NCBI RefSeq assembly: GCF_000981785.2
Contig: NZ_CP011304.1
Location: 2,910,001-2,942,000 of the forward strand
From: Microcystis aeruginosa NIES-2549
GTDB lineage: Bacteria; Cyanobacteriota; Cyanobacteriia; Cyanobacteriales; Microcystaceae
Direction: 5' to 3'
Length of the DNA stretch: 32,000 bases
The stretch's first letter is position 1; the number at the start of each line of letters is the position of its first letter. Made by a program: the position numbers and the translations under genes. The notes beneath the pieces are model-generated. The model ran no database searches and was not told the DNA's origin. It saw only the letters and a program-made list of their open reading frames with translations. Shown piece after piece: positions 30,743 to 32,000 of the stretch.

Positions 30743-32000
30743 ATGTCTAGCCATCTCGACTCATATCTATCCCTGAACCGTATCGATAAGCCTGAAGAAG
30801 CCTGTGGAGTTTTTGGACTCTATGCCCCCGAGGAAGAAGTAGCAAAACTGACCTATTTTGGACTCTATGCCCTGCAACACCGAGGACAGGAATCGGCAGG
30901 TATTGCCACCTACGACGGGGAAACGGTGCATTGTTACAAAGAAATGGGCTTAGTTTCCCAAGTTTTTAGCGAAACTGTCCTTAAAACCTTGCCCGGTACT
31001 CACGCCGTCGGTCATACTCGTTACTCTACCACCGGTTCTAGCCGTCGCGCCAATGCCCAACCTGCTGTGATCGAAACCCGTTTGGGTAAACTTTCCTTAG
31101 CACATAACGGCAATTTAGTCAATACTTTTGAGTTAAGAAATGTATTAGAAAAGCGCGGTTGTGATTTCGTCACCACCACCGACTCGGAAATGATCGCCGT
31201 CGCTATCGGTCAGGAGGTGGATAGTGGCAAGGATTGGATACAAGCGGCGATCGATGCCTTTAGCTATTGTAGCGGGGCTTATAGCCTTGTTATCGGCACA
31301 CCGACGGGAATTATCGGGGCGCGGGATCCCAATGGTGTCAGACCGTTAGTAATTGGGGTTTTGCAAGAAGAAGGCAATCCCTCCCGTTATGTTTTGGCTT
31401 CGGAAACCTGCGGATTAGATATTATTGGGGCCGATTATCTGCGGGATGTGCAGCCGGGGGAATTAGTTTGGATTAGTGAAGATGGCTTATCTTCGGTGGA
31501 TTGGGCCATGAAACCGGAGAAAAAATTATGCGTTTTCGAGATGATTTATTTTGCCCGTCCCGATAGCATTGTTCACGAGGAATCTTTATATACTTATCGG
31601 GTACGTTTGGGGGAACAATTAGCCAAAGAGTCGCCGGTAGAAGCAGATATGGTGATGGGAGTTCCCGATTCGGGTATTCCGGCTGCGATCGGATTTTCGC
31701 GCATTTCTGATATTCCCTACGCGGAAGGATTGATTAAAAATCGTTATGTGGGACGAACTTTTATTCAACCAACCCAACACATGAGAGAGTCGGGAATTAA
31801 GATGAAATTGAATCCTTTAAAGGATGTTTTACAGGGGAAAAGAGTTATTATTGTTGATGATTCGATCGTGCGGGGAACCACTAGCCGGAAATTAGTTAAA
31901 GCTTTACGCGATGCTGGAGCAAGAGAAGTTCACATGAGAATATCTTCGCCTCCGGTGACTCATCCCTGTTTTTATGGCATTGATACGGACAATCAAGAGC
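30743..32000 (+). CDS. purF: Amidophosphoribosyltransferase PurF, 3'-truncated by the window edge
   Basis: ATG at 30743, with the frame open to the window end. It has a propeptide followed by the catalytic CGVFG, plus YALQHRGQESAGIA, GHTRYSTTG, the PRTase motif VIIVDDSIVRGTT and HPCFYGID. Confidence 0.9.
   Translation, partial: MSSHLDSYLSLNRIDKPEEACGVFGLYAPEEEVAKLTYFGLYALQHRGQESAGIATYDGETVHCYKEMGLVSQVFSETVLKTLPGTHAVGHTRYSTTGSSRRANAQPAVIETRLGKLSLAHNGNLVNTFELRNVLEKRGCDFVTTTDSEMIAVAIGQEVDSGKDWIQAAIDAFSYCSGAYSLVIGTPTGIIGARDPNGVRPLVIGVLQEEGNPSRYVLASETCGLDIIGADYLRDVQPGELVWISEDGLSSVDWAMKPEKKLCVFEMIYFARPDSIVHEESLYTYRVRLGEQLAKESPVEADMVMGVPDSGIPAAIGFSRISDIPYAEGLIKNRYVGRTFIQPTQHMRESGIKMKLNPLKDVLQGKRVIIVDDSIVRGTTSRKLVKALRDAGAREVHMRISSPPVTHPCFYGIDTDNQE

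Overview
This 32 kb window looks like cyanobacterial chromosome, probably Microcystis-like. That call is inference from HIP1 GCGATCGC sites (e.g. 24184, 27284), COP23, DUF3386, DUF29 and Uma2 genes, and many MITE-like repeats.

Layout:
- 1-1113: tandem Uma2-family endonuclease paralogs.
- 1175-11901: a sugar/glycan modification island. It holds an SDR epimerase/dehydratase, four methyltransferases (two are tandem FkbM paralogs), a NeuB-family synthase, a HAD phosphatase, an ALS-like ThDP enzyme, GtrA and a GT2 transferase.
- 12.8-14.6 kb: small membrane or low-complexity proteins.
- 15071-19824: a cluster of five signal-peptide proteins, including two trypsin-like proteases and a COP23-like protein.
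- 19985-22471: housekeeping-type genes (isocitrate/isopropylmalate dehydrogenase family, NifU-like, DUF3386). Two about 148 bp MITE-like copies bracket the NifU-like and DUF3386 genes.
- 22582-28207: an accessory islet with hicB plus a decayed hicA, the DGR below, an Rpn-like remnant and DUF29.
- 28335-32000: purL and the 5' part of purF.

The standout feature is a complete diversity-generating retroelement (DGR) at 23317-27001. It comprises a 621 aa target protein with a C-terminal FGE/CLec-type variable repeat, avd, a reverse transcriptase and a template repeat. The 118 nt TR/VR alignment differs at 13 positions, and every one is an adenine in the TR.

I saw no rRNA, tRNA or CRISPR array.
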